In this document: positions 48,355-52,297 of the stretch, piece by piece
Numbering within the stretch: the first letter of the stretch is position 1
Layout of the letters: the number at the start of each line of letters is the position of its first letter
Assembly (NCBI GenBank): GCA_964649185.1
Contig: CAZYOO010000004.1
Span: 1-52,297 of the forward strand
Source of the DNA: an uncultured Dehalococcoidales bacterium
GTDB lineage: Bacteria > Chloroflexota > Dehalococcoidia > E44-bin15
Reading direction: 5' to 3'
DNA length: 52,297 bases
Translations under genes and position numbers: made by a program
Notes under the pieces: model-generated
The model's input: only the letters and a program-made list of their open reading frames with translations
What the model was told of the DNA's origin: nothing
Database searches by the model: none

Positions 48355-49419
48355 ATGCGCAGAAACTGGCAGATGACGGCAGCGGCTATCATCATCTCCG
48401 CGCTGGCGCTGGCGCCGGCGGCGTGCGGTGGGGGCGGCGGCGCTCAGCCGACAGCGACACCGACGGTAGCCCCCACACAGACGGCGGCGCCGACGCAGGG
48501 CAAGATAATGTTCCTCTCCAACCGCTGGATGGAGCTGGGCAACTGGGAAATCTACACCATGAACGACGACGGCACCAACCCGAAGAACATCACCAACGAT
48601 AACAAGCAGTACCGCGACTGGGCCCCCATGTGGTCGCCGGACGGTTCCAAAATAGCATTCATTTCCTACCGCATAAACGCCTACGGCATATACACCATGA
48701 ACCCCGACGGCACCCAGCAGACCAAGATCGTCGAGGTCACCGGGGAGGAAGACTATCCCATCTGGTCGCCGGACGGCAGGAAGATACTGTTCACCACCTA
48801 CCGCGACGTCACCAACGGCATGATGGTGGTTGACCACGACGGCCTGAACCTGAAGCGGATCTCATCTGAGAAGGACAAGCAGCCGGTGTGGTCCCCGGAC
48901 GGCACCAGGATCGCCTGCTCCTCCCTTCGCGACGGCAAGCGGGGGATAGTGGTGATGAACGCCGATGGCTCCAACCCGCAGATTCTCACCAATACCGGCG
49001 AGGAATATCCCCAGTGGTCGCCGGACAGCTCCGGGATAGTGTTCCTGTCCAACCGCGACGGCAACTGGGAGATATACACCATGAACTCCGACGGATCGAA
49101 TGAACAGCGGCTCACCACCAACACCATAGATGAGGCCGAGCCGACATGGTCACCGGACGGCTCCAGGATCGCCTTCTCGGCCAACCGCGGCGGCAAGTGG
49201 GAGCTGTGGGTGATGAACGCCGACGGCAGCGGGCAGAAGCTGCTCTCCGCCCAGAAGGATTCACAGCCGGCATGGTCCCCCGACGGAACCACCATCGCCT
49301 TCACCACTTATCGCGATGGCGATGCCGAGATATTCACCATCAAGCCTGACGGCACCGCAGAAACCAGGCTCACCGACAACCTGCACTATACCGACTACTA
49401 CCCCACATGGTCACCGTGA
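48355..49419 (+). CDS. TolB-like PD40/WD40-like beta-propeller repeat protein, probable lipoprotein
   Basis: Seven 'P.WSPDG..I.F' PD40 repeats. The signal sequence ends 'ALAPAAC'. ATG 48355 is 6 nt after AGGAGG; the ORF opens at 48289. Confidence 0.85.
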   Translation: MRRNWQMTAAAIIISALALAPAACGGGGGAQPTATPTVAPTQTAAPTQGKIMFLSNRWMELGNWEIYTMNDDGTNPKNITNDNKQYRDWAPMWSPDGSKIAFISYRINAYGIYTMNPDGTQQTKIVEVTGEEDYPIWSPDGRKILFTTYRDVTNGMMVVDHDGLNLKRISSEKDKQPVWSPDGTRIACSSLRDGKRGIVVMNADGSNPQILTNTGEEYPQWSPDSSGIVFLSNRDGNWEIYTMNSDGSNEQRLTTNTIDEAEPTWSPDGSRIAFSANRGGKWELWVMNADGSGQKLLSAQKDSQPAWSPDGTTIAFTTYRDGDAEIFTIKPDGTAETRLTDNLHYTDYYPTWSP

Positions 49420-49450
49420 CCGGCAATCGCCGGGTTGATAAGATAAGAAA

Positions 49451-49482
49451 GGGCTGGGGACGCACCCCGGCCCTTCACTTTT
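49451..49482 (+). terminator. intrinsic terminator after the propeller gene
   Basis: GGGCTGGGG-ACGCA-CCCCGGCCC stem followed by TTCACTTTT. Confidence 0.6.
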
Positions 49483-49795
49483 GCGCGGCGCGCCCTGCAA
49501 GAGGCCATCACGAGCGACCGGCGTGACGGTGTACTCCCAGGCTTATTGCTGATGGCTGCACGATAACTGGCCTGGAGCGGTGATTTACCTGCGTGCTTCG
49601 CCTCACATCGAAGCAGGGCAACCTTCCAGGCCACCGCCCGTTCGGTCGGGTATTGCTATATTATACCCTGGGGGGGTATAATATAATCGGTCGAAGCGCC
49701 GCCGCCAGTTGCTCGAACCATGTCATACGAATCATTGTATCATGTCACGTCCGGTCCACAGATAGCGATAAACACACACAGAAAGGGAGAACCAT

Positions 49796-50515
49796 ATGCA
49801 TGCGACGATCCAAAAATCTATCGACGAGATAGCGGGTTATTTCAAGCCCGGAGAGAAGGTGTTCATCGTCGGCTGCGACAACTGCGCCGCCAAATGTCAC
49901 TCGGGGGGTATCCCCGAGACTGAGGAGATGGCGAACCGGTTGAAGCAGAAAGGGGTGAACGTAATCGGGTGGTGCGTACCCCAGCCTAAAGGGATATCTC
50001 TGTGCAAGCTCTCAAACACTAAGAAGGTGCTGGAGGAGGAGTACGGCGAGCAGGTCAAGGCAGCGGACTCATTCCTGGTTCTAGCCTGCGGGCAGGGGTT
50101 TCACACCGTGATGGATGCCACCGACGGCGGTATGGTCCACCCCGGCTGCGATACCATCTTCGGCGGCGAGACCGTGACCGACAACTTCATCACCGAGTAT
50201 TGCTCCCTGTGCGGCGAATGCGTGGTGGAGTACACCGGGGGCCTGTGCCCGGTCACGCTCTGCGCCAAGAGCCTGCTCAATGGCCCCTGCGGCGGGGCGA
50301 AGGACGGCAAGTGCGAGGTGGATCGTGATCGCGATTGCGGCTGGCAGCTGATATACGATCGGCTCAAGGCGCTCGGCCGCCTGCAGGAGATGGATATATA
50401 CCGCGAGCCCAAGAACAATTCGCGCTGGAGCCGGCCGCGCTCCCTCACCATCGGCGATTGGGAAGCGACCTTCAAATCTCTCGGCGGAGAGAGTAAGATC
50501 TCCAGCCGCGGTTAG
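49796..50515 (+). CDS. metV: MetV-like protein (methylene-THF reductase C-terminal-domain family, Cys-rich)
   Basis: 'CSLCGECVVEYTGGLCPVTLCAKSLLNGPCGGAKDGKCE' is characteristic of this family. It lies immediately upstream of metF, as in acetogen-type metVF. Confidence 0.8.
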   Translation: MHATIQKSIDEIAGYFKPGEKVFIVGCDNCAAKCHSGGIPETEEMANRLKQKGVNVIGWCVPQPKGISLCKLSNTKKVLEEEYGEQVKAADSFLVLACGQGFHTVMDATDGGMVHPGCDTIFGGETVTDNFITEYCSLCGECVVEYTGGLCPVTLCAKSLLNGPCGGAKDGKCEVDRDRDCGWQLIYDRLKALGRLQEMDIYREPKNNSRWSRPRSLTIGDWEATFKSLGGESKISSRG

Positions 50516-50553
50516 TCCGGCATCAAATCTGAACGAGGAGTTAGAAGGATACT

Positions 50554-51432
50554 ATGAGCAGATTAAAAGAGGCGCTGAAAAGCGGGAAATTCGTGGTCAC
50601 CGGGGAGATCGGCCCGCCCAAGGGGGTGAAGCTGGATCAATGCCTGCATGATGCCGACCTGTTGCGGGATCATGTAACCGCCATAAATGTAACTGATCTG
50701 CAGAGCGCAGTCCTGCGCATCGGCTCGCTGGCGGTGTCCAGCCGATTGATCGAGCGAGGGCTGGAGCCGGTCTTCCAGCTTACCTGCCGCGACCGCAACC
50801 GGCTGGCACTGCAGTCAGACCTGCTGAGTGCCTGGACTTTGGGCATAGAGAATGTGCTGTGCCTCACCGGCGACCATCCCGTCCTCGGCGATCATACCGA
50901 AGCCAAGCCCGTCTATGATCTCGATTCCGTGCAGTTGCTCAAGGGGGCCAGCACACTGAACCAGGGCCGCGATATGGCGAGCCATGACCTCGATAGCAAT
51001 CCGGACTTCTTCCTGGGTGCGGTGGTCACACCGGCCGCCGAACCGCTGGAGCCGCAGATTATCAAGATGAAGAAGAAGATTGACGCGGGGGCCATGTTCT
51101 TCCAGACCCAGGCCATCTACGAGCCGGAGAAATTCGAGAGCTTCATGAAGCAGGTGCAGGGCTTCAAGGTGCCGGTCATCGCCGGGATCGTGGTGCTCAA
51201 GGGCGCCGCCATGGCCAAATTCATGAATGCGAACGTAGCCGGCATCAGCGTGCCGGACAGCATCATCAAGGAGATGGAAGACACCAAGAAGGAAGACCGC
51301 AAGAAGAAGGCGGTGGAGATCACCGTCCGCATCATTAAACAGGTCCAGCCGCTCTGCCAGGGGGTACACATCATGCCGCTGGGATGGGACGAGCTTGTGC
51401 CGGAGATCATCAGCGAGGCGGGACTCAGCTAG
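50554..51432 (+). CDS. metF: 5,10-methylenetetrahydrofolate reductase
   Basis: Carries 'FVVTGEIGPPKG', 'AINVTD', 'LTCRDRN', 'NVLCLTGD' and 'MFFQTQAIYE'. Confidence 0.9.
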   Translation: MSRLKEALKSGKFVVTGEIGPPKGVKLDQCLHDADLLRDHVTAINVTDLQSAVLRIGSLAVSSRLIERGLEPVFQLTCRDRNRLALQSDLLSAWTLGIENVLCLTGDHPVLGDHTEAKPVYDLDSVQLLKGASTLNQGRDMASHDLDSNPDFFLGAVVTPAAEPLEPQIIKMKKKIDAGAMFFQTQAIYEPEKFESFMKQVQGFKVPVIAGIVVLKGAAMAKFMNANVAGISVPDSIIKEMEDTKKEDRKKKAVEITVRIIKQVQPLCQGVHIMPLGWDELVPEIISEAGLS

Positions 51433-51535
51433 TAAGCATGGTTAGCGGGACTCCGTTTCGGCGGTAAAGGCGATATCGGGTCGAGTTATCGTCGGGCGGA
51501 GGCATTAGCCCCCTGCTCTGGCGAACAAGTTAATA

Positions 51536-51769
51536 TCAATACATGGGAGCGCTGGGCGCAAGCCGCTTCCCGGAGAGTTCCCGGAGGAGGATATCCTCCT
51601 TGCCGTGATGTGTCCTGTCGGCATAGGTCTTGAGGAAGTCGACGGCTGAATCGATAATGAGCGGGTTCGCCTCTTTCCCGCCACTGATGCCACCCAGTTC
51701 CCGCTCCATCAACCGCACCATCCGCTCGATGAGCCTGTGCTCTCTCATCAAGGGGCCGATCGGTTTCAT
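51536..51769 (-). CDS. hemerythrin-like (HHE cation-binding) protein, N-terminal fragment only
   Basis: 'MKPIGPLMREHRLIERM...YADRTHHGKEDILLRELS' matches the first helix pair of ~190-aa hemerythrin-domain proteins. The ORF stops after 77 aa, and only ~100 nt remain before the metF 3' end. Confidence 0.5.
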   Translation of the reverse strand: MKPIGPLMREHRLIERMVRLMERELGGISGGKEANPLIIDSAVDFLKTYADRTHHGKEDILLRELSGKRLAPSAPMY

Positions 51770-51775
51770 GCGATG

Positions 51776-52087
51776 CTACTCCTGACCCTCTTGCGACCAA
51801 TCCTGCATCATCTGCTTTATCCGCTGTGCCAGATTGGGGTCCGAGCGCAGCCGGTCGATGAACACCGGACACCCCTCAAGCAGGGAATTCTGAGCCGCTG
51901 TTGCCATGCTGGACAGGAGTTGTGACATCCCGTAAGCGGCCCCCGGCACTGAGCCGCCGGGCATGGAAGATTCCATCTGCCTCCTCAAATCCTCCTCTGT
52001 TACCCGTATGGGCAGCACGCAATTCTTGTACCAGGGGCAGGACTTGCACTGTATCAGTCCCTGCGCCTCATCGAAAACATCACCCAT
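51776..52087 (-). CDS. hypothetical small Cys-containing protein
   Basis: 103-aa ORF with 'CKSCPWYKNC' and 'GCPVF'. ATG 52087 is 5 nt after GGGAGGG. It is 6 nt upstream of the hemerythrin fragment. Confidence 0.5.
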   Translation of the reverse strand: MGDVFDEAQGLIQCKSCPWYKNCVLPIRVTEEDLRRQMESSMPGGSVPGAAYGMSQLLSSMATAAQNSLLEGCPVFIDRLRSDPNLAQRIKQMMQDWSQEGQE

Positions 52088-52222
52088 AAACACCCTCCCT
52101 GTCTAAAGATAACCTTCTTATAGCATTTTATATCGCGTTATAGGTGGGTATGTCAATCAAAGAGGGATACGGGATTCATCAGTGCTCCCCGAGAACTTGC
52201 TGTATTGTTCACGAACTGATTG

Positions 52223-52297
52223 TCTAACAATCATGGGCTACAAGCGCTTCCAGTATCACCTGCGCCGCGCGCTTGTCCAGCGGCTCGTTGTTGTTGC
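52223..52297 (-). CDS. 3' end of a CDS running off the window (possibly YqgF/RuvX-like; weak)
   Basis: The minus-strand frame reads ...NNNEPLDKRAAQVILEALVAHDC*. The 'DK.AA..IL' tail resembles YqgF C-termini. Only 24 codons are visible. Confidence 0.3.

Noticed and set aside
49398-49634. 78-aa minus-strand ORF in the metV upstream region
   Set aside because: It overlaps the 3' end and terminator of the propeller gene, has no SD, and is Arg/Ala/Ser-rich. The region is more likely non-coding and structured.

Overview
This is a 52.3-kb high-GC bacterial chromosomal segment, densely coding on both strands. A hand count gives 64 G+C in nt 301-400. I support about 50 CDS and one 5S rRNA gene. I found no tRNA, CRISPR array, transposase or integrase. 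Housekeeping content includes CIRCE-groES-groEL, tsaD, tilS, lysA, holB plus a PSP1-domain gene, rplI-dnaB followed by DnaD-like, DnaI/DnaC-like and HNH genes, rpsU-yqeY, and an aromatic amino-acid block (aminotransferase, DAHP synthase). The gene content and synteny suggest an anaerobic Chloroflexota (Dehalococcoidia-like) organism, but that is inference only. The most interesting parts, in my ranking, are these. (1) A 6.3-kb divergent cluster (4255-10551) packs one canonical thiolase, an HMG-CoA-synthase-fold protein fused to a DUF35 module, two thiolase-fold paralogues that lack the nucleophilic Cys and the His by my by-eye alignment, and two free DUF35 paralogues. This may be an uncharacterised C-C bond forming or cleaving complex. 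(2) A 1941-aa soluble histidine kinase carries 13 tandem PAS modules arranged in a higher-order A-B-C pattern. (3) An orphan 5S rRNA gene has its own promoter, sits between rpsU and a NuoE-like gene, and has no 16S or 23S nearby. (4) A HydBC/NuoEF-type flavin/FeS module has a third subunit reduced to its FeS-cluster part, followed by a nitroreductase-fold gene. (5) A corrinoid protein, URO-D-family methyltransferase and RACo-type activator form a trio with no methyl-acceptor (MT2) gene, in the same window as metV-metF. (6) A single AT-rich orphan ORF is inserted at 535-1242. Many long antisense ORFs in the six-frame track are GC-driven shadows and were rejected.
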